Virus record (IMG/VR): IMGVR_UViG_3300020477_001012
Coordinates: 32,001-96,000 of that record
Source of the DNA: a virus
DNA length: 64,000 bases
Strand: one strand, 5' to 3'
Shown: in pieces, positions 44,050 to 54,265 of the stretch
Layout: the number at the start of each line of letters is the position of its first letter
Position numbering within the stretch: position 1 is the first letter of the stretch
Position numbers and translations under genes: made by a program
Notes under the pieces: model-generated
Seen by the model: the letters and a program-made list of their open reading frames with translations, nothing else
Database searches by the model: none
What the model was told of the DNA's origin: nothing

Positions 44050-45495
44050 ATGAGTCCTCAGTTATCAGATATAGGTGCGGAGCGCGCCGTTTTGGCGGGT
44101 TTATTTACCTATGGGCTAGAATCTTACGTAGAAATATCAGACCTGCTTGACCATGGAAGTTTTGGAAATCAGAACAATCAGGTTATTTACAAATGCATAG
44201 AAAAAGTCCTGCAAAATGAGGCTGAGGTTGACCTTCCCGCCATCTTGTCGGCAGCAGAACAGCTCAATCTTTCCGACGCTATAAATACCCGACAGGAGCT
44301 AGAGTATATTAACTCTTTGATGGAGTTTCCCATCAAGAAGGATAATGTAATCTATTTTGCCGCTCAAATCAAAAAGTTTGAGTTTGCCCGAAAGATTAAA
44401 AGCTTAACCTCTAAGATCTCCAGAGATGTAGAATCCATCAATGGGGATGAGTCTATAGATGACATTATTGGGATAGTAGAAAATCCCATTATGGAATTCC
44501 TCAGAGAGGATGACTCCGGGCAAAAGCCAGAAAGGCTAGGGGAAGGAGTCGAAGAGTATTTAGACTTCTTAATGGAGAATAAGTGCGACCAGATCGGCGT
44601 GCCCACTGGCTTTGCTAGATATGACGCTTCTATTGGGGGAGGATTGCGCAGAAAATGTGTTGACTTGGTTTCAGCACGACCAAAAGTTGGTAAAAGTGTT
44701 TTTGCTGATAATGTGGCCCTCAATGTGGCAAATCAGGGTGTTCCCGTCCTCATGCTCGACACCGAGATGTCTAAAGAGGACCACCTCAACCGCATCATTT
44801 CTAACCTGAGCGGTGTGCCCATTAACGAAGTGGCAACTGGTAGCTTCACCGATGACGACGAGAAAACCATTAGTGTCAAAGGGGCTATAGATCAGATCAA
44901 AGATATCCCTTATACTTATATCAGTGTGGCGGGAGCGCCTTTTGAGCAGATCATGAATGCCATTAAGAGATGGATTATGCAAGAGGTGGGTCAAGATGAG
45001 TCTGGTCGTACCAATGAATGCGTCGTCATATATGATTATCTCAAGCTGATGTCGTCTAGCTCTATAACAAACAATCTTCAAGAGTATCAGGCTCTTGGCT
45101 TTCAGATTACTTCTCTGCACAACCTGTCAGTTAAGTATGACTTCCCCTGCCTCTCTTTTGTTCAACTGAATCGAGACGGAATCACAAGAGAAACAACTGA
45201 TACAGTAAGTGGCTCTGACAGACTAATTTGGCTTTGTACATCTTTTTCTATTTTCAAGGTCAAGTCTCCAGAAGAATTAGCCGAAGATGGTCCTAATGCG
45301 GGTAACCGAAAGTTGGTCCCAGTTGTTTGCAGGCATGGCCCGGGAATGGAGGATGGCAACTATATTAACATGAGGATGCTCGGAGACCACGCCCGCTTGG
45401 ATGAGCTACGAACTAGAGATGAATTTCGCGTTGCCCCCGACTCTGATGGAGCCATTGAGGGTGCTGATTTACCATTTGATCTGGAGGATGAATGA
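44050..45495 (+). CDS. dnaB: Replicative helicase
   Basis: AERAVL, ARPKVGKS, DTEMS, YDYLKL, QLNR. Confidence 0.93.
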   Translation: MSPQLSDIGAERAVLAGLFTYGLESYVEISDLLDHGSFGNQNNQVIYKCIEKVLQNEAEVDLPAILSAAEQLNLSDAINTRQELEYINSLMEFPIKKDNVIYFAAQIKKFEFARKIKSLTSKISRDVESINGDESIDDIIGIVENPIMEFLREDDSGQKPERLGEGVEEYLDFLMENKCDQIGVPTGFARYDASIGGGLRRKCVDLVSARPKVGKSVFADNVALNVANQGVPVLMLDTEMSKEDHLNRIISNLSGVPINEVATGSFTDDDEKTISVKGAIDQIKDIPYTYISVAGAPFEQIMNAIKRWIMQEVGQDESGRTNECVVIYDYLKLMSSSSITNNLQEYQALGFQITSLHNLSVKYDFPCLSFVQLNRDGITRETTDTVSGSDRLIWLCTSFSIFKVKSPEELAEDGPNAGNRKLVPVVCRHGPGMEDGNYINMRMLGDHARLDELRTRDEFRVAPDSDGAIEGADLPFDLEDE

Positions 45496-45869
45496 TGCCG
45501 GTATTGAAAAGGATGTTACTGCATACAGTAAACAAGCCTTGGGGAAAGTATGAGGATCTATATAGAACAGATGAGGTTGTCCTAAAGAAGATTACCGTTG
45601 ATCCCAAACAGAGACTGTCGCTGCAAGCACACAACCATCGAGCAGAGTTTTGGGTTGTTACTGATGGCGAGTGTCTATGTGAGGTTGGACCAAATGTATG
45701 GAGACTAAGGAAATGGGGTACTATTCATATTGAGCGGGGACATGCCCACCGCCTAATAAATGACACAAGCGAACCCTGCGAGATCACCGAGTTGCAATTC
45801 GGTTTGTGTCAAGAAGATGACATAACGAGATACGAAGATGACTACTCCAGAGCAGAGCCACCGTTCTAA
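45492..45869 (+). CDS. Cupin, type II mannose-6-phosphate isomerase domain
   Basis: KPWG.Y, LSLQ.H.HRAEFW, HRL.N, EDDI.RYEDDY.R. Confidence 0.88.
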   Translation: MMPVLKRMLLHTVNKPWGKYEDLYRTDEVVLKKITVDPKQRLSLQAHNHRAEFWVVTDGECLCEVGPNVWRLRKWGTIHIERGHAHRLINDTSEPCEITELQFGLCQEDDITRYEDDYSRAEPPF

Positions 45870-45878
45870 GAGGTAACC

Positions 45879-46946
45879 ATGAATATTGACCACGAAATTA
45901 AATTGGACTTTGATGATGTCTTACTCGTTCCACAGCGATCAAAAGCTGCCAGTAGAAAACAAGTGAATTTAATCCGCAATTTCAAATTCTACCATTCCAG
46001 CAGGAAGTGGAGTGGGGTGCCCGTGATGGCAGCGAACATGGACACAACTGGAACATTTGAGATGGGCAAGTGCCTGTCTAGTCATCTTATAGTAACATGT
46101 ATAAATAAACATTACTCACTAGACGACAGGATACATAACTTTCAAGAACCAGATTATATCTGGTATAGCTTGGGCATTAAAGATAAAGATCTAGATGAGC
46201 TTTTTGATTTTATCGAAAGTACAAGCATTGTGCCCAATCTATGTATTGATGTGGCCAATGGGTACACTGATGATTTTGTGTCATTCTGCGCCTTAGTAAG
46301 GAAAGAATTCAATAATTTAGGCCCAGACTATTCCCCAATCATAATGGCGGGCAATGTGTGTAGCCCAGAAATGGTGCAAGAAATTATTCTGCATGGCGGT
46401 GTAGATATAGTTAAGATTGGCATTGGTCCGGGTTCAGCATGTACTACCAGACTGAAAACAGGCTGTGGTTACCCACAATTATCTTGTATTAGCGAGTGTG
46501 CTTATGCCGCCCACGGCTTAAGGGCTGATTCTGGCAGGCTCGGACTGATTTGTGCCGATGGAGGATGCCGATACGCCGGGGATGTCGCCAAAGCATTTGC
46601 GGCTGGAGCTGACTTCGTAATGCTTGGTGGTATGCTTGCAGGGACCAGTGAGTGTGTTGGAGAGTGGGAATACGACAGAGATGGGTATAAATCCAATTTT
46701 CTATTCTATGGCATGTCATCCGAAAAGGCTCAGGAAAAACATGGGGGTGGATTAAATGGATACCGATCCAGTGAGGGTCGAGTAATGAAAATTCCCTATA
46801 AAGGCCCAGTTGAAAATGTAATAAGAGATACCCTCGGTGGGGTTAGAAGTGCCTGTGCATATACCGGAGCGATTTCTTTAAAGGATTTCTCTAAAACCGC
46901 AAGATTTGTCAGAGTAAACCGAACCCATAACAATCAATCGGTGTGA
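45879..46946 (+). CDS. guaC: GMP reductase
   Basis: KLDFDDVL, AANMDTTG, IDVANGY, GIGPGSACTTR, FYGMSS. Confidence 0.93.
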   Translation: MNIDHEIKLDFDDVLLVPQRSKAASRKQVNLIRNFKFYHSSRKWSGVPVMAANMDTTGTFEMGKCLSSHLIVTCINKHYSLDDRIHNFQEPDYIWYSLGIKDKDLDELFDFIESTSIVPNLCIDVANGYTDDFVSFCALVRKEFNNLGPDYSPIIMAGNVCSPEMVQEIILHGGVDIVKIGIGPGSACTTRLKTGCGYPQLSCISECAYAAHGLRADSGRLGLICADGGCRYAGDVAKAFAAGADFVMLGGMLAGTSECVGEWEYDRDGYKSNFLFYGMSSEKAQEKHGGGLNGYRSSEGRVMKIPYKGPVENVIRDTLGGVRSACAYTGAISLKDFSKTARFVRVNRTHNNQSV

Positions 46947-46947
46947 A

Positions 46948-47973
46948 ATGTACCAACAAAAAACCAAAACCATGTTAGATCTTAATCAGGTTAAACAAAT
47001 CATCTTTGACGATATATGTAAACTTTTAGACGATTTAGATTTGGAATATACCCAAGTTGCAGATAACATATTTATGCGATGTCCAATTCACGAAGGTAGC
47101 GACAATAATCAGGCGGTCTCTATATCTTTGACAAAGAACACATGGAGGTGCTGGACTCGCGGGTGTCACGAACATTATAATACAGATATTTTCGGATTTA
47201 TCAAGGGTGTGCTAGACACAGACTCCTTTTCGGAAGCACTGAAGTATGTATGCGGGTTATATGATGTTAACGGAGCGAGAACCAAAGAACAAAAGAAAGA
47301 CACTGTTAGAGACGACAACTTTAGATGTTTAATGCAAGCTATCCGCGCAAAAAGAGAAGCTAGCACACCGGAGTGGTCTAAAGAGGAAGTAGAAACTTTG
47401 AACAATTCCCCGTATTTTGAGAGCAGAGGTTTTGAGCCAGCAACATTAAAGCATTTCGGAGTAAAAGATTGCTCGGACTCAATGTCTCCTATGAGGCACA
47501 GGTCAATCATACCGATTATTTTTGACGGCGTTAGAGTGGGACACATAGCCAGATCTAACAAGCAATGGTTAACGCCCAAGTATCTATTCTCGGGAGGGTT
47601 AAGAAAAACTGATTACTTATACAACTATGATAATGCAATCTCAGCGGCCCAAAACAAGGTCGCTATGTTTCTAGTCGAGGGTCAGGGGGATGTGTGGAAA
47701 TTGTATGAGTCCGGTGTTTATAATGCAGTTGGACTGTTTGGTAAAGATGTCTCTTCGACACAGCGCACGCTGTTACTCAAAAGCGGAGTAACGACCCTGA
47801 TTATTCTTACAGACAATGATCAGGCGGGTAGAGAATCTAAAATAAAGATTAAAAGAGAGCTGGGTAGGCTGTTTAATTTGGTTTTTCCAAAAATGCACAC
47901 TAAGGATTTGGGAGACATGTCTACCGAACAAATTCACGACCAAATTCTAACAGACTTAAAAGGATGCTACTAA
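46948..47973 (+). CDS. dnaG: DNA primase (Zn finger + TOPRIM)
   Basis: CPIH...CWTRGC, PKY, VEGQGD, DNDQAG. Confidence 0.9.
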   Translation: MYQQKTKTMLDLNQVKQIIFDDICKLLDDLDLEYTQVADNIFMRCPIHEGSDNNQAVSISLTKNTWRCWTRGCHEHYNTDIFGFIKGVLDTDSFSEALKYVCGLYDVNGARTKEQKKDTVRDDNFRCLMQAIRAKREASTPEWSKEEVETLNNSPYFESRGFEPATLKHFGVKDCSDSMSPMRHRSIIPIIFDGVRVGHIARSNKQWLTPKYLFSGGLRKTDYLYNYDNAISAAQNKVAMFLVEGQGDVWKLYESGVYNAVGLFGKDVSSTQRTLLLKSGVTTLIILTDNDQAGRESKIKIKRELGRLFNLVFPKMHTKDLGDMSTEQIHDQILTDLKGCY

Positions 47974-48746
47974 TGAAGATAGTTGGGATAGCAGGAAAGA
48001 AGCAAAGCGGCAAAAACACTACTGCTAATATTCTACACGGGATAGTTCTTAAAGATCAAGGGCTTGTTAGGGACTGCAACATAGACGGCGATGGTAAACT
48101 GGTGATTCTCACCTCAAATAGTCAGGGAGAGGAAGACTGGGGTGAATTTGACGTGACCAGAAAAGATGCTGCGTTCGTTGAGTACGCAGAACACAATATG
48201 TGGCCGCATGTCAAACTGTATAGCTTTGCTGACAATCTGAAACAAATATGTGTAGATCTTTTTAGTATCCCGCCGGAGTGCGCTTGGGGCACTGACGAAC
48301 AAAAGAACCAACCGCAGGAGCACCTACTTTGGGAAAACATGCCTAAAGCCATCAACTCTTCGATGATGAAAAAGCTTTTGCCGCCAGATGCACGGACATC
48401 TCATGGTTGGAAGGAAGGACCAATGACGGCCCGTGAGTTCATGCAGTTCCTTGGTACAGACGTTATGCGTAAAATGTATGAGCCGGTGTGGGTTCAGTCT
48501 TGCGTCAACAAGATTAAGCACGAGCAATCATCCCTTGCTATCGTCGCAGATGTAAGATTTCCGAATGAGGTCGACGCAATCAAAAATGCTGGTGGCTCTG
48601 TGGTTAGATTGAACAGGGCGAACAGGGCGGATAACCACCCTAGCGAAACGGCCTTAGACGACTATGATTTTGACCATTATATTGACAATACGGGTAGCGT
48701 TGACGCATTGATAAGTCAAGTTAAATCATTTCACAAGAAACTATAG
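47973..48746 (+). CDS. Deoxynucleoside monophosphate kinase
   Basis: GKKQSGK, FAD.LK, REFMQFLGTD, DVRFPNE, HPSE. Confidence 0.88.
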   Translation: MKIVGIAGKKQSGKNTTANILHGIVLKDQGLVRDCNIDGDGKLVILTSNSQGEEDWGEFDVTRKDAAFVEYAEHNMWPHVKLYSFADNLKQICVDLFSIPPECAWGTDEQKNQPQEHLLWENMPKAINSSMMKKLLPPDARTSHGWKEGPMTAREFMQFLGTDVMRKMYEPVWVQSCVNKIKHEQSSLAIVADVRFPNEVDAIKNAGGSVVRLNRANRADNHPSETALDDYDFDHYIDNTGSVDALISQVKSFHKKL

Positions 48747-48754
48747 AGGACAAT

Positions 48755-49792
48755 ATGCTAATTACTTATATGCGAAGCTCTAGTTACAATAACTACGACT
48801 CGTGCCAGATGCAGTATTTCATTACTTACGTATTAGGGCATCAGTCAGATAGCGGCAAGAAGGCAGAGCTAGGAACGATAGTTCACAAAGTCATGGAAGT
48901 ATTGGCTGGACTTAAAAAGTTTCAACAAGACAACAAAAGGCGTAAGTACCTAGAAATTGTTGACGACGCCGTTGGAAAGGTACGCACCCACAAAGACAAG
49001 CTGCTGACTGACGAATTAGTAGAAGAACTGCTTGATCTCAGCTTTGATTCCTACACCAAGAACTCAAAACATGCGTGGCGTCCAGCAGATAGGCGGGATG
49101 CCTTGAAATTGACACGCACGGCAATTACCTATAATGATGGAGCTTTTGATCCACGTTTTAGAGACATTGTAGATCCAGAGCCTCATTTTGATATCCCCAT
49201 CGAAGAAGATTGGGCAAAATACAATTACACGCTACCTGACGGAAAAACCGTAGAGGGGCAATTAGCCATAAAAGGAACTATTGACCTTGTGACAAGGGTG
49301 GGTGACGACACAATAGAGGTGATAGACTGGAAAACGGGGATGCGAAAGGACTGGGCTACTGGCGAAGTTAAAACATACGAAAAACTCACTGTAGATCCCC
49401 AGTTGCTATTGTATAACTACGCAATATCCAAGCTGTATCCAGACTACGAACAAGCTATTATGACCATATTTTATATTAAGGACGGCGGTCCATTTAGTAT
49501 GTGTTTTGATAAAAAAGACCAAGAAAAGTTCATGAACATGCTAAAAAATAGGTTTGAAGAGATAAAAGACAATTCAAACCCCCAGACCGTCCCGTGGAGG
49601 GACAATTTTAGGCATCCCAACCACTTCAAATGCTCGAAATGCTGCCATTTTTATAAGAATAATTGGCCAGAAACAAGTCAAAATATGTGTATATTTATAG
49701 AGAAGCACCTACAAAAACATGGACTAGAGGAAACAATTAACCAGTGTACACGTCCGGGCTTTGACATAGGCTTCTACGAGGCCCCGGGATAA
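48755..49792 (+). CDS. PD-(D/E)xK RecB/Cas4-like exonuclease
   Basis: GTIVH, GTIDL, IDWKTG, QLLLY, terminal Cys cluster. Confidence 0.85.
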   Translation: MLITYMRSSSYNNYDSCQMQYFITYVLGHQSDSGKKAELGTIVHKVMEVLAGLKKFQQDNKRRKYLEIVDDAVGKVRTHKDKLLTDELVEELLDLSFDSYTKNSKHAWRPADRRDALKLTRTAITYNDGAFDPRFRDIVDPEPHFDIPIEEDWAKYNYTLPDGKTVEGQLAIKGTIDLVTRVGDDTIEVIDWKTGMRKDWATGEVKTYEKLTVDPQLLLYNYAISKLYPDYEQAIMTIFYIKDGGPFSMCFDKKDQEKFMNMLKNRFEEIKDNSNPQTVPWRDNFRHPNHFKCSKCCHFYKNNWPETSQNMCIFIEKHLQKHGLEETINQCTRPGFDIGFYEAPG

Positions 49793-49796
49793 AACC

Positions 49797-50756
49797 ATGA
49801 AGGAGTTTAACATGGATCGCAGCGGAAAACGATTTTTGACGGGAATCTTAACGGCGGCTCTCATTTTTTCTAGTATGACTGTGTCCTACGCCCAGAATGT
49901 GGCCCAGCATCTTCAAGATGTAAGCGTGACCATTAAGTCAGGATTTGCTGAAGGCTCTGGAGTACTGATAACAAGAGAGCTAACAGCAAAAGACAACGAG
50001 AAGATCAAGGTTAATTTTGTCGTGACATGCGCCCACGTTATCGACAATCTCCGATCTACGCGCCAAGTCATTGAAAACGGCAGGCCCAAAACTGTTGTCG
50101 AGTTCAAAGACGCTCAAATTGTTAAAGAGTTGGTGGAGAATGGCAGAAAAGTGGGCGAACTCAAAATGGACGCCAAAGTTATTATGTACTCTGATGCGGA
50201 AGAGGGAGAAGACCTTGCCCTCCTCATGGTGCGGAAAAGAGGTTTTGTTGCCGCAAATACAGAGTTCTACTTAGAAGGCAAGCCTGTTGAAATTGGTACT
50301 GACCTATTTCATGTGGGAAGCCTACTTGGCCAGTCCGGGGCAAATTCGATGACGGCGGGCATAATGTCTCAAGTTGGTAGAGTTCTAAACTTAGGCTCTG
50401 GTGGAGGCACCGTCTTCGACCAAACTACAGTAACCGCATTCCCCGGATCTTCCGGTGGTGGTGTATTTCTCACAGACGGTAAGTATGTGGGAATGCTCGT
50501 GCGCGGAGCTGGCGAAACATTCAACTTGATTGTACCTGTACGCCGCATGCAATCTTGGGTCGAAGCCCGTGGCGCTGGGTGGGTGCTTGATCCCAAATCA
50601 AAAATGCCCACTTTAGAAGAAATTAAAAAAATAGACGTGGAAAATGATTCCGGCTCAAGTAAAACACAAAGCAAGGATGCCAAGTCGTTTCCACACCTTA
50701 TTAGAATCACTAAACCTACAGAAAACAAATCTGAAAAGATTGAGGAGAAGAAGTAG
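49797..50756 (+). CDS. Secreted trypsin-like serine protease
   Basis: Signal peptide; GSG, TCAHV, DLAL, PGSSGG. Confidence 0.88.
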   Translation: MKEFNMDRSGKRFLTGILTAALIFSSMTVSYAQNVAQHLQDVSVTIKSGFAEGSGVLITRELTAKDNEKIKVNFVVTCAHVIDNLRSTRQVIENGRPKTVVEFKDAQIVKELVENGRKVGELKMDAKVIMYSDAEEGEDLALLMVRKRGFVAANTEFYLEGKPVEIGTDLFHVGSLLGQSGANSMTAGIMSQVGRVLNLGSGGGTVFDQTTVTAFPGSSGGGVFLTDGKYVGMLVRGAGETFNLIVPVRRMQSWVEARGAGWVLDPKSKMPTLEEIKKIDVENDSGSSKTQSKDAKSFPHLIRITKPTENKSEKIEEKK

Positions 50757-50758
50757 TC

Positions 50759-52000
50759 ATGTTGCAGGTTAATTTTAACAGACGAGATTTTATCAAAACT
50801 GGCGCTCTTGGCGGCTTAAGCTATATGCCGTTCTCTGACGTGGCTTTTGCTCAAGAGGCCATAGTTCCAAACAACAAGTCTGTCGTGTGGCTGTGGCTTG
50901 GGGGTGGTCCTACCCAGTTTGAGACTTTCCACGCCCCCACAGACGCCGTACCAGACCCGTACAAGCCCGTTGCTGGTATGGTGCGTCATCCTAACGGGTT
51001 GGCTTTTGGTGGCTTGTTCAAGGAGCTAATCAAGCGTGGGGACCATCTCACAGCAGTTAATTCTTTTTCTCACGGGGATTCTTCACACCGTCAAGCTACC
51101 CATTGGATGATGACGGGACACCGTAACCCCAAACGAGAAAATACTGCGAACTCTGAGTTCCCGGGTCACGGGGCTATTGTTTCTTCGGTGTTTGGTTCCA
51201 ACGATCCTTCTAATGGTATGCCAGCTTACGTTAAGCAGGGTAAAATTGAAGGTGAGCAGCCTACGTTCTTGGGTGGGGCGCATAAGCCGTTTGACCCCTC
51301 TAACAAAGAGAACTTAGCCCCCCGCATTGCGCTTGCGAGATTTCAGAATCGTAAAGATCTCTTAAGTGCATTTGATCAGGGCAGGGTTGTGTCCAGTGAG
51401 GCCGAGTCTTTTGTACGTATTGGGGATCAGGCATATAACGTTATCTTGGGAAATGCCAAGAATGCGTTTGACCTTGAAAAGGAAAAGCCTGCAACCAGAG
51501 AAAGATATGGCAAGGGTGGCATTGGGGATCAAATGCTGCTTGCTAGACGACTGGCTCAGTTTGGCACCAAGTTTATTACTGTTCACTATGGTGGGTGGGA
51601 TATGCATGGCAATATCGCCAATGCCCTCAAGGGCAGAGTTCCTCCCCTCGACAAGGCCATTTCCGCCTTTGTGGATGATATCTATGATAGCGGGCTGTCT
51701 GACGACGTGCTTTTGGTGGTGACAGGTGAATTTGGCAGGACACGCCTGAATGGAAATGCTGGTAGGGATCACTGGCCATCTATCACCCCCATGCTTCTGT
51801 CTGGCGGAAGCTATGATCACGGCAGGGTTATTGGCAAATCGGATAAGGCGTATTATCCCACTGAAGCCAAGGTTATGCCTATTGACTTGGCGGCCACGAT
51901 GTTCGACCATTTTGGGATTGACCCCAAGATACAGAAGGTTGACCAAGCGGGCAGACCAAGATACCTCTTGGATGGAGATGGTAAACCAATCCTGTCATGA
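50759..52000 (+). CDS. DUF1501 family protein with Tat signal
   Basis: NRRDFIK, WLGGGP...ETF, LLARRL..G..F, WDMH, GEFGRT, GRDHW. Confidence 0.9.
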   Translation: MLQVNFNRRDFIKTGALGGLSYMPFSDVAFAQEAIVPNNKSVVWLWLGGGPTQFETFHAPTDAVPDPYKPVAGMVRHPNGLAFGGLFKELIKRGDHLTAVNSFSHGDSSHRQATHWMMTGHRNPKRENTANSEFPGHGAIVSSVFGSNDPSNGMPAYVKQGKIEGEQPTFLGGAHKPFDPSNKENLAPRIALARFQNRKDLLSAFDQGRVVSSEAESFVRIGDQAYNVILGNAKNAFDLEKEKPATRERYGKGGIGDQMLLARRLAQFGTKFITVHYGGWDMHGNIANALKGRVPPLDKAISAFVDDIYDSGLSDDVLLVVTGEFGRTRLNGNAGRDHWPSITPMLLSGGSYDHGRVIGKSDKAYYPTEAKVMPIDLAATMFDHFGIDPKIQKVDQAGRPRYLLDGDGKPILS

Positions 52001-52500
52001 AATACCAAACGGGTTTTATAGCTGGATGTTTTGATTTAATACATCCCGGCTATGTTTCAGCTCTCAAGGAGGCAAAGTCGGTGTGCAATCGACTTGTGGT
52101 TGGATTGCATAGCGACCCCTCCATAGAGCGACCCGAAAAGGCAAGACCCATATTGTCAATGGAGGAAAGAACGGAAACACTTCTGGCCCTTAAATATGTA
52201 GATGAAATTAAACCCTATGATCTAGAGCAAGACTTGCTCGAAATACTGAAGTCAGACGACCCAAGAATTGACGTGAGGTTCTTGGGAGATGACTACAAAA
52301 CCAAGGTTGGCTACACTGGATGTGAACTGGGTATTGATGTTCATTTTATCCCAAGGGGACACGGTTGGTCAGCAACGCTTTTGCGTAAAAAGATCATGGA
52401 CACTCGACCCAAAAAATGGTCAGACTCACAGGTTCAAGGATGGTTCGATTGTTGCTATAGTCCAAGCAGTAAAACTCAAGACAAAACTAGGAGGACGTAA
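51997..52500 (+). CDS. Glycerol-3-phosphate cytidylyltransferase-like (TagD family)
   Basis: GCFDLIHPG, RPEK..P, ER...L..LKYVD, GDDY, RGHGWS. Confidence 0.85.
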   Translation: MKYQTGFIAGCFDLIHPGYVSALKEAKSVCNRLVVGLHSDPSIERPEKARPILSMEERTETLLALKYVDEIKPYDLEQDLLEILKSDDPRIDVRFLGDDYKTKVGYTGCELGIDVHFIPRGHGWSATLLRKKIMDTRPKKWSDSQVQGWFDCCYSPSSKTQDKTRRT

Positions 52501-52829
52501 TGATTAAACAGATTGTAGTATCCGGCTTACTTGTCTTCATGTGTTGTACCTCCGTGAGTAAAGCGGAAGCACCACCAGAACCAGCGCAAAAAGTGTTACC
52601 CGTAGCAGTACGTCGGCAACTAGTACACGAACGGGCTGCCAGAGAGGCGGAAGCCCGCCGAATGAGGTTAAGGGCGCAAAGAAACGCCAATTTCTTCCGT
52701 CCTCGACCCAGACCCATGTCGTCTTACTATAACTATCGTAGATATTCATATCATTACAGGTATCGCTATTACAATCAGCAGCTTTTTTATCCACGCCGCA
52801 CTGGCGTGTATCTGTATTTTAGGTTTTAA
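52500..52829 (+). CDS. Secreted Arg/Tyr-rich hypothetical protein
   Basis: Signal peptide; low-complexity tail. Confidence 0.55.
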   Translation: MIKQIVVSGLLVFMCCTSVSKAEAPPEPAQKVLPVAVRRQLVHERAAREAEARRMRLRAQRNANFFRPRPRPMSSYYNYRRYSYHYRYRYYNQQLFYPRRTGVYLYFRF

Positions 52830-52846
52830 CTTTAGGGGAATATAAG

Positions 52847-53245
52847 ATGCCTATCCCATCCAAGAAGGGTAAAGAAGACCCCAAGGGGTTTATGTCTCGA
52901 TGCATGAGTAGTGAAGTCATGCAACGGGAATACCCAGATCAAAAGCAGCGTACAGCCATTTGTATGAGCAAGGCTTGTGAGGATTTGAGTTATGTTGAAT
53001 CCGCAGGCTTTCAATTGTGGTATGAGTCCACAGGTGACGACAAGGCTGGATATCCCCCTAACTGTAAAGATGGGTACACAGAAAAGGACGGCAAGTGCGT
53101 ACCCTTGGGTGACCACCTTCACAAAGAAGATAAATCTGACGCCAAAACCTACCGGTATCAAGACCCCAAAACTGGGGAAATTTATAATTACAGGCAGCCG
53201 GGAATTTATAGGAAAAACGGCAGAGTCTTAATTCCTGTTAGATAG
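52847..53245 (+). CDS. Hypothetical phage protein
   Basis: MPIP...FMSRCM...EYPDQKQRTAIC. Confidence 0.65.
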   Translation: MPIPSKKGKEDPKGFMSRCMSSEVMQREYPDQKQRTAICMSKACEDLSYVESAGFQLWYESTGDDKAGYPPNCKDGYTEKDGKCVPLGDHLHKEDKSDAKTYRYQDPKTGEIYNYRQPGIYRKNGRVLIPVR

Positions 53246-53257
53246 GGTTGAGGCAGA

Positions 53258-54265
53258 ATGCAGAAGCTAGACACTTCACAGTGCGTATGTATCCAATCTG
53301 GGTTTTGCCCAATCTTCCAAAAGATAATGGATGGCACCAATCTGAAGTGGTGTCAGAACGCAAGTGAAGAAGAAAGAGAAATATACAAAGAGTCCTACAG
53401 AGGTCCAATACCATTCACCCCTGAAGTGGACCGCTTTCTCCATCAGTATGACTGCGCAGAAGAAGTGGAGACGCTGCCCAAAACAGAGATAGCAATTCTT
53501 GGGCACAGCCCGAAGCAGTTTGACACTATATCGGATCGCCCTTATCTTAAAAAGGTATACCTAGACGACCTTGATCTAGGTAAATACCATAAAAGGTTCC
53601 AGTCCAACTACTTCTCAGAAAGTAGAGCTTTCTTGTGTGACGACCTGTTTGATGACGGTGTAGAATACGTTGGGGTCGCCACCGCCTCTTGGAACATAAA
53701 GTATCAAGGGTTGAACCCTATTGATAATTTTCACAACTGGTGTTCGGCCAAGGCCATGTTCCGCTCCAAGAGAGACAACGTTTTACTCTGCGCGGACACA
53801 AATAGCACGCTTGCTTGGTTTGGAAAATATACCGATGAGAAAAACATAGACAAGCACTCTAGCCCCTTCTGGGCAAATTTTCACAACGATAATCATGTCT
53901 TCAAAAGCTTAGGGTTTAGCATCACCCAAATGAAGTTGATTTGGAGGCTTCTCCAATCTTTAAAACTGTCTTTGAGTAGTCGCCCCACAGCGAACTCCCA
54001 TCAGTTTATATGTCACAGAAATTTATACAATAGGTATATTAAATTCTTCAGAGAAAAAGAAATACTCCCCAGAGTAACCAACCTTTGGAAGAGGCACGAC
54101 ATGGTGACCCACAACCCCCACACTGACACTAGGCCGGTAGGGTATGTGATAGAGTGTATATCCATGATGTGGCTCAATTCTCAGGAGGACGTATTAGTGA
54201 TACCAAATGAGGTACGAGCAGGTGCATGGTCTTTTGGCTCATCCCCAGAGCGAGATAAAGAATGA
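53258..54265 (+). CDS. Unknown protein, paralogue A (possibly glycosyltransferase-like)
   Basis: Shares long blocks with 54262-55107. Confidence 0.65.
   Translation: MQKLDTSQCVCIQSGFCPIFQKIMDGTNLKWCQNASEEEREIYKESYRGPIPFTPEVDRFLHQYDCAEEVETLPKTEIAILGHSPKQFDTISDRPYLKKVYLDDLDLGKYHKRFQSNYFSESRAFLCDDLFDDGVEYVGVATASWNIKYQGLNPIDNFHNWCSAKAMFRSKRDNVLLCADTNSTLAWFGKYTDEKNIDKHSSPFWANFHNDNHVFKSLGFSITQMKLIWRLLQSLKLSLSSRPTANSHQFICHRNLYNRYIKFFREKEILPRVTNLWKRHDMVTHNPHTDTRPVGYVIECISMMWLNSQEDVLVIPNEVRAGAWSFGSSPERDKE

Noticed and set aside
31829-45495. Introns or inteins in nrdA, nrdB, recA, dnaB; stop-codon recoding
   Set aside because: The proteins are of normal length and uninterrupted under the standard code, and no suppressor tRNA is seen.
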